IMG/VR virus record: IMGVR_UViG_3300020413_000006
Span: 1-64,000 of that record
Strand: one strand, 5' to 3'
Length of the DNA: 64,000 nucleotides
DNA from: a virus
The first letter of the stretch is position 1, and each line of letters starts with the position of its first letter. The notes under the pieces were generated by a model that searched no databases, was not told where the DNA came from, and saw only the letters and a program-made list of their open reading frames with translations. Positions 44,501-55,700 of this stretch are shown one piece after another. The position numbers and the translations under genes were made by a program.

Positions 44501-45243
44501 CCAGGTGCTGAGAAATTTGTGCTTCCTATAGCATTATCATATAACGTTGCGTCTTCATCAGCAGTTATAATTCTTTCTTCTACCTTTAAACCAACTTTGT
44601 AAGATGGACTTGTACCATACTGATCTAATATAAGAGTTTGTTCTGCAACTGTTACAAAGTAACCTCTAACAAAATAAACACCATTACCAATATTAGCAGT
44701 AGAACCTCTAGAGTTTGAACTAGAATTTAACAACTGTGCCATGGGTGTTCCAGCAGCAATAGTTGTAGTGGAATATGTTATATCCTCTTCACATGTAAAT
44801 GTCTCTCCATCAGTAAATGTACTTGTTACATTGTCTGATGCTTTTTCTAAGTAATTAACATAGAAAGTAATATTATTTCTAGTAGATGTTGTCGCACTAA
44901 TTGAAAATAGAATACGTGCACGTACACCTGATGTAGAACCTTTTATAATTTTACCATCAAGAGCAGTACGATAATTTTCTACATCAAGGTTAAGATAACT
45001 GTTCTGGATAAGAAGACAAGGAACATCATTGTTCAATGTAATTCCACCAGGCACCACCATGGAACCTTCTTTGTATACTCCTTGACCAAACGTGTCAATT
45101 TGATTCTGCAGCAAACTCTGCAAAGTAGTTAGTTCTCTTGCCTGTACTGGATAACCAGGTTTGAACAATACTTTTAGGAACCCTTTTGCCGAATCAAAGT
45201 CGTCATAATAGGGAGCTATATTCAGATTAGTATTCTGTGCCAT
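38560..45243 (-). CDS. DUF4815 / VrlC-like virion structural protein (2227 aa)
   Basis: N-terminus TNLNIAPYYDDFD...KVLFKPGYPVQARELTTLQSLLQNQI; APGADRFKI; RFKNGFIVDNF; DPLAQTF; GVLFKSQNASTW. Confidence 0.9.
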   Translation of the reverse strand: MAQNTNLNIAPYYDDFDSAKGFLKVLFKPGYPVQARELTTLQSLLQNQIDTFGQGVYKEGSMVVPGGITLNNDVPCLLIQNSYLNLDVENYRTALDGKIIKGSTSGVRARILFSISATTSTRNNITFYVNYLEKASDNVTSTFTDGETFTCEEDITYSTTTIAAGTPMAQLLNSSSNSRGSTANIGNGVYFVRGYFVTVAEQTLILDQYGTSPSYKVGLKVEERIITADEDATLYDNAIGSTNFSAPGADRFKINLTLVKKVVSAPNSADFIELLRTNIGKIEKKVERSDLSFINDILATRTKEESGNYYVKKFKLDARESLDDGFNNGVYAATDTTSAGTTPSEENVAIQLSSGCAYVQGYRTERISTTYKEIDKPRTFETELNQSLTSDFGNYILTTNQHQAPTLYETIELRDALTATPGTPAGTVIGQARAINFSYESGAINNQSSVYRTNVIDTQFYVKIVATGSVTWTAGNLLYGATSGAVGFVVSGSGTTGYLYETNGEFVAGEVLKTNNAQGSTFATIASGGVRKYGFGDVKSYAFNSGGGTADAVLDVKVALPGSGPIVSGISGSGASQTATITSTLSNFASQLRIGDVIEFSNANLAHKCKVTAVTNNFTFTIQKVEAGAGALTNSALTSPIIRTRPEIKEANKKKLLTPLGFAAVKNTNNNNTQNPAGYYRISVSTTVNGSGEASANAGAGLLWKNGGDNDDFQVIITSGTGDGDILSSGNGFSISGTSANTQTIALTGLSNGGGNITITGTVYSSDRSAKAKTTERMKVLKIDDTTGSAVNNLTTVAGGFGSRVDDSSISLGTADVFKVKAVFESKNGSDPVIPNFQYTNLLGTLAIDDVIEGDSSGSRARIVSTTSNYIYYVPVEDDVFTAGETITAPTATLKITGSVDSGSTNITSTYDLDDGQRDQYYDYSRIVRKPGFAAPTHKILIIFDRFLTTNGSSPYTVDSYPTSEYKIIPKYESDKLRDMIDYRPIVPEKLTGTGSQASPYTLSQTKFFDFANRAFTGNLTGLPGIGDTTILSLQYYLPRVDKVYMSKDSVIQIVKGAPSTRPQAPEDVEDAMLLATVQYSAYVFDIDEDVTIEETNYKRYTFRDIQYLEDRIKTLEYYTQLSLLESETASMEIRDVSGLSRFKNGFIVDNFASLATADTLHPDYRVSTDFEQGYVRPAHYTTQVPLTYSTASQNVTQTDDIITLPYTSSVLIDQPYASAVENVNPFNVFTYVGDIELYPESDNWVDTTSLNPIQGPVTEGNFLTTVREFNADQNGFSPIQWNSWKTTWTGTSTTQNVGAWRGGGGKGRQQQRRTVTTTATTTTKQTRTGIRYRVTPVVEQQSLGSRVVSVEHIQFMRSRNIEFTCQKLKPRTKFFAFFDGIALPKKLVTPKIMGVIKDPSTDAQTNNIPFQIGETVHVKKGNGKFRFKARVSSPNDVFSINPLDGTDISATADYTSNLAFINVDTKSLADQAKGTYYGSPKLNDYLVGETSGAVAKVSNKDMVTDKQGNLRGSFFIDAPNTAGNLKFKTGTKLFRLSDSASNSKVVGISDSNGEAEFESSGILQTTQETIISVRNAKITSEDQYDSRTLTSVTETSAEETRWTDPLAQTFLIEDSNLEGGVFLTKIDLFFQQKDAEIPVAIDIRTVENGTPTQTVLPFSKVVKQAADVFTSTDASVPTTFTFKAPVFIPYRSEHSMVVTSDSNQFKVFISLLGKDAIDAAHQGEKISEQPYIGVLFKSQNASTWTPSQFEDLMFKMYRAEFTLPTTAAPSKLILENAQLGEQNGGYLNLATNTLKTTSGSDEIRVFHGNHGMQSALNYVKVTGVTSEVADTSINMSGNFTTTGTTLTVADASQFHTTIGGSAVSSSNLGFIKILGTAEDGSGDEILAYEGISGNDITINSAGRNHNGTSGSGTGLAHADNAVVQCYNFDGIPLTLVNTTHNSTTGGLISINSPHSYHLKITNKTATTGITGGGSNITVSQNVPWDAITPQIQSQLEPKTSMVTRLLGTSGTSCGPFPSGASAETSFTKDTTYIDVTVGEENYFGATKVVANELNEINRMNSTKSLTMELNLSSEVSHLSPVVDLTRCSVITHANQYNNIEPTTGIGGECAGNYITKVARLEKSATGLKVMLAANTFTQSKIVVMYKLVPVGYTGNLDELEFRFFNSTGVPDNGSLVPQNDLTTFTDYEYSIEDTDEFDAFQVKISLLSYNQPYIPRVKDFRGIALA

Positions 45244-46758
45244 TTAGAATTCAATTACTACTTTGAGCTCTTCGTTTTGGTCTGCCGAACGAGTGATCGG
45301 GATACGATTATCTATGTAAAGTATTTCACCTGAGTTTAACTCAACTTCTTCGTTGGCATAACCAGCGACGAATGATAAACCTAATTCATAAACAGATACA
45401 CCTATAGTTATCTGTGATAATGGAACGGATGATGTTCCAAATGTTGAATCTGGAGTTGCTGTATAGTTATTTGTTCCTGATGTAATTTGATAATTACCAG
45501 AGAACGCTATAACGTTTCCATTTACAGTACCATCAGTAACATCCTGATAATACTTCAATACTTTAGTTATGGAGTCATAAGAAACTACGAATCCTTTTGC
45601 ACCAGTGGTTGCTTGTGTGATAGTTTCGCCAGTTGCAAAATTACCACTAGGTGCTCCAGAACCTGTTTGTGGGAATATCAATGCTTTAACAGCAGATCTA
45701 GTATTCTGACTACAAACAGTTGTAGTGTTGTAATCAGTTGGATTTAATACAAGACCAACTCTTCTATAAGTTAAATCATTAGGAAAATCAACGAATGCAC
45801 TAGTTGTTTCTAACTTACTGGCAAACATTAAACGATATGCACCTAATTCTCTTACAGCATCATAACCATGTCCATTGTTAGGAGGAAGTACAACATCAAG
45901 ATCTGCACCAGTACCATTACCAATATTAGGAATAAGACTAACATCAATAGATGCAAAACTATATCCAGATCCTGCCTGTGTAATGGTTACTGTAGAAACA
46001 GAACCAGAAACAACAGTTATAGTACATAGTGCCTGTGTACCACCATTTATTTCATAATCACCACGGATAGGAACATTGGTATAAGTACCATTGTTATATC
46101 CAGCACCAGCATTCTCAACAACAACAGTATCAATAGATCCTGCGTTTGCAGCAGACTGTACAAGACTGTTTGATAACACTGGAATAAACTCAGATGTAAC
46201 AAACTTTAGAATGTTATCAGCGTCAATAGTATAAAGATACTTCCAACGATAAGAGTAAACGCCAGGACTATCAGATGTTTCAATAATAGTGCTTGAAGTT
46301 CCAGTGGGTTCTACCAAAGAGGGACGTCCTCTTGGGTATGTTGGTGTCTGCCCATTATAAAGACACTTATAAACATTGAAACTACTATTCATTACATAGA
46401 AGTTACTATCATATAATCTAGATGCACCATTAGCAGTTGTTTTTGTTGGTGCATAATCTGGTTTGTACATTGAATATGTACGTCCTATTCCACCAGTTGT
46501 GTTAGTAGGATCTATCCAATCAACTCTAGGAACTACTAATGCAGTATCAGATACATCAACACGTTTAAAAGCAACAGAGTCACCATAAGATGTTCTTGCA
46601 TACTCAAAACTATCAATAGGTTCTCCTGTAGGAGGTACGTCTGAACTACCCCAAGATTTTGCTCTACCTACAAACATGTAAACTTTATTTGTCGCAGTTA
46701 AAGTATTCCTAAAGCTCTCTGCAGCGTATATTCTAAATTTGTCTGTAACTAATGCCAT
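45244..46758 (-). CDS. g8: Baseplate wedge subunit (T4 gp8-like)
   Basis: YMFVGRAKSW, VVPRVDW, FYVMNSSFNVYKCLYN, YRWKYLYTI, GEILYIDNRIPITRSADQNEELKVVIEF. Confidence 0.92.
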   Translation of the reverse strand: MALVTDKFRIYAAESFRNTLTATNKVYMFVGRAKSWGSSDVPPTGEPIDSFEYARTSYGDSVAFKRVDVSDTALVVPRVDWIDPTNTTGGIGRTYSMYKPDYAPTKTTANGASRLYDSNFYVMNSSFNVYKCLYNGQTPTYPRGRPSLVEPTGTSSTIIETSDSPGVYSYRWKYLYTIDADNILKFVTSEFIPVLSNSLVQSAANAGSIDTVVVENAGAGYNNGTYTNVPIRGDYEINGGTQALCTITVVSGSVSTVTITQAGSGYSFASIDVSLIPNIGNGTGADLDVVLPPNNGHGYDAVRELGAYRLMFASKLETTSAFVDFPNDLTYRRVGLVLNPTDYNTTTVCSQNTRSAVKALIFPQTGSGAPSGNFATGETITQATTGAKGFVVSYDSITKVLKYYQDVTDGTVNGNVIAFSGNYQITSGTNNYTATPDSTFGTSSVPLSQITIGVSVYELGLSFVAGYANEEVELNSGEILYIDNRIPITRSADQNEELKVVIEF

Positions 46759-46779
46759 CGCAATATAAGCTTTATTGGT

Positions 46780-46787
46780 TATTTATA
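46780..46787 (-). promoter_or_regulatory. Consensus T4 late promoter (TATAAATA) upstream of g8
   Basis: Exact match overlapping the g7 stop, ~22 nt upstream of ATG 46758. Confidence 0.75.
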
Positions 46788-49700
46788 AGGATCTTAGACG
46801 AACTTCTGGGAGAAGACTCACGTTTCCGCTTGTTGTCCTAGAGAATGGGAACTCAACTGTAAATGTAGTCGCTCCTGTGACGGTAACTATGTAGGTTCCG
46901 TCAAAACCTGTTCCACTTGTAAAGTCTAGATAAATTGTCTGACCTGTAGAGAAGAAATGATTACTTGATGTTGTTACTGTACACGCAGTTCCACTAGAAC
47001 TATAAGTTCCTGTTATCACAGCATGTTCTGCAGCAGTTGTTCCTAGATAACCCCTACCACCAGTTGCAACTGTTAAGGTATTACCAGAAACATCTTTTGC
47101 ACCAAATAAAATTCTTTCCGCATTCCATCTGTTTGGAGTAACAGTTGTATCATAGAATGGTATTAATACCTCACCCTCATCTGGGAAACCATTCTTCTGT
47201 GAGGAATTGTACCAAACATTTTTAAGATTGATAGTAGTTCCAGATTGAGAAAGTGTTGAGGTTAAGTAAGAGTTGGCAAGATTCTTAGAATTAGAAATAA
47301 TTCTATTTCTTTGTTTTCTTTCAATCGCCATAGGATGAGTTGGATTTACTGTAGGAGTTCCTTGAGTATATCCTGCACCACCATTCAAATTGATAACGTC
47401 AAGAACTTTACCACTACCTTGCTCAATAACAGTTTCTGCAAATGCACCTTCACCTCCACCACCTGTAAATACAAGGATTGGTGGAACTTCATAGTTTGAA
47501 CCAGGATCAGTGATATTAACCTGAGTTACCACACCATTTACAACTGTTGCAACAAATACTGCAGTTGTTGGTTTCAAACCAGTATATTCATAACTATCAA
47601 TCGTGATAGAACTAGAAATTTTAGCGATTGATCTATCAGAACCTTCACTTGCAATTTGCAATCTATCTCCTATATCAAGAGCATTGAATGTATTACTAAT
47701 TAATACGTCAGCAGAAGAACCTGTGAAGATAAACATATTACATGTTGACCCTGCTCTAGGTGCTTCACTAAACTCGATAATAGAACCAGTTAATGAATAT
47801 GCAACGCCAGGTTCCTGATATATTCCATTAAGGAATATTAGTAGATTGTTCTGTGCCTCTACTGATGGATTATCCGATTCTAATGAGAATGGTTCTGTCT
47901 CACTCTTCATAACAAAAGTTTTCTTAGAACTATCAAAGAATGGTGCAATCTCATCAAGTAAAGTTAACTTACCAAGATAGAATCCATAGAAGTCCATACC
48001 TGGTACTGGTGGTTCATTAAAGGTTAATGTGCTTCCTGTGTATGTGTATGACTCTGTTGTACCTTTAACTTGGAAAGTACTATTCAAGAATATTAAGAAG
48101 TTATCACTTGCTGGTAGTACTTGTGTACTACCGCCTACCTGTGCAGTAAATGTTGTATCAGTACCGTCAAATGTTACTGTATCAACTCCAATTTGGAAGT
48201 ATGGTTGAGATGCAGAAGTCCTAGTAATACCAGATAAATCCCCAGTCGTACCAACGTTCATAGTTATTGTTGTCGTATCTACAGAAGTTAGATTTATTGC
48301 AGTGTCATAGAATGGGTCAGTTGATCTTGGATATGTATGGTTAGTAGCATAGTTGTCACGTGCACATGTAAATGTCAATGAGTTAGCAGCGATCTTAATA
48401 CTTGTTCCTGCAGTCAAACCGTGACCAGAACCAATAGTTAATACTAGTACACCTGTACTAGGTACATAACTCGCATCAGTCACATTATGATTGACTATAG
48501 GTGATGCTCCAACGTTGACTGTGATAGTATTAGTGGATGTGTTTGTAATAGTAATAGTTTGTCCAGATACAGGGTCAGTAGATCTTGGATAAGTCTTCGT
48601 TGCTGTATTTCCGTCCATAGCACATGTAAAGGACAGTGCATTGTCAGCTATGGTGAGTGTGTTAGATGTTGATAGACCGTGACCATTAGAGGTAATTACC
48701 ATATTACCTGATGATGGAGTATATGCTACGTTTGTTACTGGATTTGGTAAGTTACCAACGTTACTTGTAACACCGTTTGCTACAGCAGATACGAATGTAT
48801 GTGCATAGTTACCACCTGACTGGACTGCATTACTTGCTGTACCGCCCGCCCATTGGTGAGTTCCAGAACCAACAGCTGTAGTAACTATATTCCATAGAGT
48901 GCTTATAGTGGATGCTACGTCTATACAACACGCAGTTGAGTATGATGTGCTTCCAGAGTCGTTACTGATTGTATTGTCTTTTATTTGTGTACCGACTGTG
49001 TAACTATTTGTAGTAACAGTAAGGTTACGCATAACCTCACGACATATATCTCTAGCGTGATTGAATACTTGTATAGACTCTGCTTCTTCATCTGCTAGGT
49101 GAACTGTAGAAACATAGAGACTTGCTGCATCATATGTTGCATCGTTTCCACCAAACTCTACGTTGTCAGAAACAGCATCAATAAGGATCTTAGTATCACG
49201 AATACACTTAACTTGATAACTGCTAGAGAATCCCGCATTGTTTGCCATCATTCTGCCATATGCAGTAGTAGCAATGAATTCCTGATTAGTTCTCATTAAT
49301 GATGCAGCGTCAGCACCTTTGCTATATGCATAGACACCGTATGATACAACTGCTCTTGTGACAGCTGTAGAAGTGGCACTCACAAAAGTATGAGTTGATG
49401 TATCAGATGATACACCGACATAAACAGTGAATGTATCATTTGTTACTTCATCAATTGTTAACCAAGCACCCTCTGCTGGATCTCCAACTCTAGGATAGGT
49501 ATGGTTTGTAGAATTATTATCTAAACCACAGGTAAATGTAAGAGAGTTATTTGCAAACTGTATTCTATCACCTTTAATCATTCCGTGAGAAGTTTTAGTC
49601 AATACCATCTTCCCATCAACAGGTGTGTAAGTGATACCAGTTGGTTGGAACTGATAAGTTGATAACCCAACCCATGTATGTGCGTCTGTGTTGGTAGGAG

Positions 49701-52700
49701 CAGTTCCGTTTAATGCATTGACTTCAATAGTAGTAGTTGCAATTGCCTCAACAGGTATATCTCTCATCTTACCTTGTGTACCCAGTGGGTCAGTAGCACG
49801 AGGATATGATGCAGTACCACCACCGTTGTAACCACAACTAAACTGTAATGATTCGTTTGCAATTCTAACTGTAGATACTGCCTTCTTAATACCGTTTGAT
49901 ACTGCTGATACAAATGTATGTGGATCAACGTTAGTGGAAGGGATAGTATCAAGAATCTGTACAGTGAATGTATTTGCAGTTACGTCAAATACTTGCAACC
50001 ATCTATCAGAAGCGTAGTCAGTAGAACGAGGATATGCCTTCTCTGCAGCAGCACCAGTAGCACCACCAAATCCACAACTGAATGTTATAGAACTATCTGC
50101 AAATTTAACTTGATCGCCATTTACAAACCCATGACTGTTAATAGTTACTACCATCAAACCTGTATTAGGATCGTATGTTGCTGTGGATGCTGTGTGAGTT
50201 GTTGGTGCCAATAAACCGTGACCAGAACCAATAGTCAATACCATGGATCCTGTAGCAGGATCATATGTTCCATTTGTAGGAATGAAATGCTTGACTAATT
50301 GTTCTCCAACACGAGCATCGGAAATACCAAGTACATCATTAGATGTGTATCCATTTCCTGCAGCATTTAGTACAACGTTACTAACCGAACCATTAGTGAC
50401 TGTAATATCAGCAGTACCACCTGTACCACTTCCAAGATTGTTCTTGAGTGGTACATTTGTATAAGTTCCATCGCTATATCCAGAACCAGGTGTCAATCCA
50501 TTAGTTACATCAAATGCTTTGAGTTCATCTCCTATCTGATCTAACTGGAAACTACCTGAGTAAGTCTGACGATCATAGTACATCGCTAAAACTTCAGTTC
50601 CGTCTAGAGGAGGTGTAAGGAACGTTATTGAATTATTAGCAAATGTATAAGTTGCTGGATTTGTAACTAAACCATTAGTTATTACAAGTAATTGTGACTT
50701 TGCAGCAGTCTTACCAATCTGAGTACCAATAGCAATACCATTTGTTCTGAGTAAGAATGTATCGTTAACACCATCAATATACATTCTGATTGTGTGTCCA
50801 ACACCAGTTCCTACTGCAGTCAGATCAATAGCATTTCCTCCCTCAGTTGTTGCAAGTTCTATATTATTTGCATCAACATATTTCACATAATATGTTCCGT
50901 TGTTTGATATTCCACCTATTGCAGTTCCAGTTCTATTATTTGGATAATTTCCTGTGTTTGAGGTAGGAAGAGTTGATGGATTGTCAATACCGTTTGTAAT
51001 AATACCAGATAATGTGGTTATTGCAGATTTAACGTCTGTACACCCTCCAGAATCGGTTGTAATGCTTAAATCAGTTGTTGGGACTATGGTTGTATATGTA
51101 CCAGCTGGTAAACTGTTTGTTACTGCTAGATTACATAAGTCTCTTGCCTTATTAAATGCAAATATTGTCTCAGTCTCTTCACCAGCAATGTGTGCAATGT
51201 AGTTTGCTGGATTTGTCCTTGTGACAGTTGATAAACTGTCTGAGCTTATCGCAGTTGTCACGATATTGAACAAAGTATCCATAGCACTATCTACAGTTGC
51301 ACATATCGCTGCATCAAACGTTACACCAGTGTTCTTAACTTGAGTGTATCCATGGTTTCCTGTGATTGTAATATCTTGATTGATTATAATAGATGCTGCT
51401 AGTTCTTTTGCTTTATTAAACGCCCATATTGCCTGTGTCTCTTCATTGTCTAGGTGTACAGTGTTAACGTATAAATTTGCTGCATCCCATACCTCACTAT
51501 TTGCACCATATGTTAAATTGTATGCGATTGCTTCAACAACATCTACAATATCGTCAATACAGTTCTGATCACCGCCAGGTACACCAGCAAAACCTGATGG
51601 AATACCAACTGTTCCATCTTGTAACATTTGATACACTGCTTCAGCAGCAATTAGATTCTTATTATCTTTAAGTAAATTTCCAGCATCAATATATGCGTTA
51701 CCTTGACTAACAACACCACCAACATATGAGTTAGTTGCTGCTAGTGTAAAGTAATTACCACCATACTTGAGATCGTTTGCCCAAGCAGCGATTACAAGTC
51801 TAGTATCTCTAGCACATGTCGCTCCACTGTAATTAAGTGATGGATACGCTGCATTTAAAGCTCCGATAGTCTCTTCAACAATATGATCAATGTTAGCAAT
51901 GATCAAATCTCTAGCATCTTGGAATCTATCTCCACCAGCTTTGTAAGTTACACGTTGACCTTCAAGTAAACCGTGGTTTGTAAGTGTAAGTCTATTATTT
52001 GATACATCTACAATGCTAGAGGATGACGCATCAAAAGTAATTGATCTATCACTAATGTCATCAATCTTATAAACGATACATGATAGGATTTTTTGAATAT
52101 CTAATAGTTGTCTACCAAATACTGATACCTCTGTAGGAACTGCTGCAGTGTAATCTGGTTTTGCTAGTGCAAAGTTATTGATTACAGATAACTTACCAGT
52201 ATTCCTTGCAGATGGTTTGGGCGTAACAAATGTTGTACCATTAAATGTAGTTCCTATACTATTTGTTGTTGATTGCCACCAGTCAGTATCATTACCAGCA
52301 CTTAAATTAAGGTTTGGTCTAGATCTATAGTCCTTCTTGACTGATTGTGATAGTACTTGTGTACCAACTACCTTAAATCCTGCAGGATGTGCAGCAAACT
52401 TAAGTGGATTCTTCCAATCGTTGATGTTTATTGAAGATGATACGTCATATGAGAATTCTTGGAATCTATTACTGTCATAAACACGTTGTTCATTAAGATC
52501 AAGGAATCCAGTGGTTCTTTCCCAACCAGACGCACTAATACTGATAGGAGAAACGTCAAAGACTGCATCTGCTCTGGTAAATGTATGAATTTGACCAAAT
52601 GCTGCAGTCTCTTCACCAAATACAGGTTCACCAATCTTAAACTCACCTTCTATAATCTCTACACTAACAACACGACCAGAGGCATCCCAGTTCTTAACAA

Positions 52701-55700
52701 ATCCATATGCAGTAAAGGAAGATGTTGATGCACCTTGATAAATTCTTTCTCCGATAGAGAAAGTTGCTGGTTTCATATATGCATTGATAACATCACCAAG
52801 GTCAATAGTTTCTAAAGTGAAAGCAGTCTGCCCTGTTGATATATCTCCTACAGGAGCACTAGTAAAGTTAATGAATGTTTCTGTATTTGCATTTGCAAGA
52901 GATGATGCTAATCTAATTTGGTTATCTGCTAATCCATTTGCTGTAGTTGCTGCAATGGCATAGTAAACAGTATTAGTTGCTAATGGTTCTGGGAACTGTC
53001 CAGTAGTCTCTATAAGAGTTACTTGTGTACCTGAGGGTATCTTTGCATTATATGGGAAGTTCAATGTGCTGCTAGATTGTAATCCAACAAAACTATGACT
53101 CACTTTTGCAGTTACAGTAGGTGCAGATGTAAATCCTCTACCAGGATTCTCAACAGTTACTGCCTGTATTACTTCATTCTCAATAATAGGTTTTAATGCA
53201 AATAAAGAACCTTGTCCACCAGTAAGTACGATTTCTGGTTGAGATACAAAGTTTGAACCACCATTCACAACGTCAATGTAATCAATAACCTGAGTTCTAA
53301 TCAACTGTAAGTTATATGTTGTGTTTAGCGATGGTTTAAGTGTTCTATCATGTGAATAGTTGTATGTGATATTATCACCACTAATCTTAAGTATTTTTCC
53401 AAGGTCTGAAGATTTAAGTAATATAGATGCACCAGTTCCAGTTTTTTGTTCAATGTTGATAACAGGAGCACTTTGATATTGTATACCAGCTGCTTCTATA
53501 CCAATAGATGTAACACTCTGGTTTTGTATTGTTGCATTCAATACAGCATTAATTCCATTACCACCACTTACTGATATTGTTGGAGCAGATAAAAATCCAG
53601 AACCTCCATTAGTAACTGTTACGGTGTCAATAGATGCATTGATAATAGTTGATATGGTTGCAGGATCAGCATGTGATAGTGTTTGAATTGTTATAGTAAA
53701 GTCTTCTGTACTATCACCGCCTGGTAACTTTGTACCATCAAAAGTAATTACATCACCTAGTGAATATGTACTACCGCCACCAGTAACAGATACTGTGTCT
53801 ATTCTTCCATTACCATCTGTTGTAAATGTAAATGTTGCTCCAGATCCACCAACGGGTGAAACAGTGGACTGTGTTACTCCAGTGGTTGTTGTAGTTGCAG
53901 TAAATGTTCCGTTACCCGCAGGTTGAGACGTAAGTGAGACAGTTGCGACAGATCCATAGTAAGGATCGTCAAATACGACACTTGGTGCGGATCTGTAATT
54001 ACTACCCGCATTTGTAACTGTCACAGAACTTAATTTACCACCCCCGCTTACAGCAGTGGCAACGATTGCTTGAGTTCCACTTATCGCTTGTATAGAACCT
54101 TGAGAGTCAGAACTGTATACATTATTGGTTGCAGCAGTTCCAGTACTGAACATGATGTAACCTTTATTACCAGCACCAGTTCTAGTGTTCTGTAATGGTT
54201 TTATTCTTAATACAGAGTTAACTGGGTTCCATGATATTACTTGAGCTCTTGCAGTTTGATTTCCTTGAGTTTCTTGAGATATAACGATCTCATTAGGTAC
54301 GAATGAACCAAATACGTTTTGAAGCGTTAAATCAACAAAATCAGGTAACGTTACAACACCGTTAGGTAAAGATGAAGGATTATAACCAGATCCATCATTT
54401 GTAATTGATACACTAGATAATATTCCAGATATAGTTGCTACAGCAGTAGCACCAGAACCAGATCTTGTAGTTCCGTTGAATTTAGGTAAAGATGAGTAGT
54501 TTCTGCCAGGATCACCAACTGTAATTGTTTTTATACCACCTGTAGCATATATTGAGTTTGAAGCATATGATACGCCAACAGTATACCCTGCTTCTGGTTC
54601 TAGAGCAGTAATGTACTTAAACGTGGTATCTGTCTTTTCTGTAACCGTGTTTGTTCCAATTACAGGATCATTAATAGTTGTAAAGTAACTACCAGTTATT
54701 GCTCCCTGTAAATCGAAATAATAGAAAATACCAGGCAATCCTGTTATCTTAATCGTAATAGAGTTCTGTTCACTGGTTACAGAGTCTAATACTTCACTAG
54801 TAACGTTTTTATAAGTGAATATGTCTGTATTTGCTGGATCAAAGGTAAATGCTAACTTTTTACCCGCATTACTACTATCTGTAGTATCAAAGGTGTATGA
54901 GTGACCATCTATCAACTGTAACTTAGCTTCTTGAACATAAACTTCCGCAGTTGTGACATTTGCAGCTGCAGGAGTTGCAAAATTACTCTTTATCGTAAAT
55001 CTACGTAAAGTTTCTGTTCTAATAACTGTATAGTCTGTCTTATTGTAAGACGTAGGTGAGACACCTGAGATATTGACTGTATCACCGATATTGACTTGAT
55101 GTGCAAGATTCGTATGACATACTGCTTCTCTTTGTGTTTGTGTAAGTGTAATACTGAAACTAGAACCTCCTGCATTACCAAGGTTGATGTCTGCAGCAGA
55201 TATTGTATCTCCTACGTTATATCCAGTTCCTGTTGAAGTAATCGTTACTGCAGTTACCGCATTTCCAGAAACAACAATAGTTGCTTGTCCACCAATACCA
55301 GATCCACTAGTTGTTATAGGTACGTTGACATATGTGCCATTTGCGTAACCAGATCCACCAGTAATACTATTCCAACCACCTTGATATAGATTTCCATCTG
55401 TACGTGTTCTTACATACGTCCATGTTAAGGTTCCGTCTGTTACAGTTCCAGAAGTGTGTGTAGGTGCATTTCCAGAACTAGAATCCGATGTTCCTGTATC
55501 TGCTGCTTTATAAACTCTGTTATCTACGTAAACAAGATCCTCTTTGTTGTACGCAGTACTCATTGTCCACGCAGAAAGAAGTTTTAAGCTCTGTAAGTCG
55601 AAATATTTGAAATGATACTTATTACTGATAATCTTACTGAATAGAGTTCTGGTATTTGCGTTATCAGTCACATCAACTGTAACTTGATCACCCACAAGTA

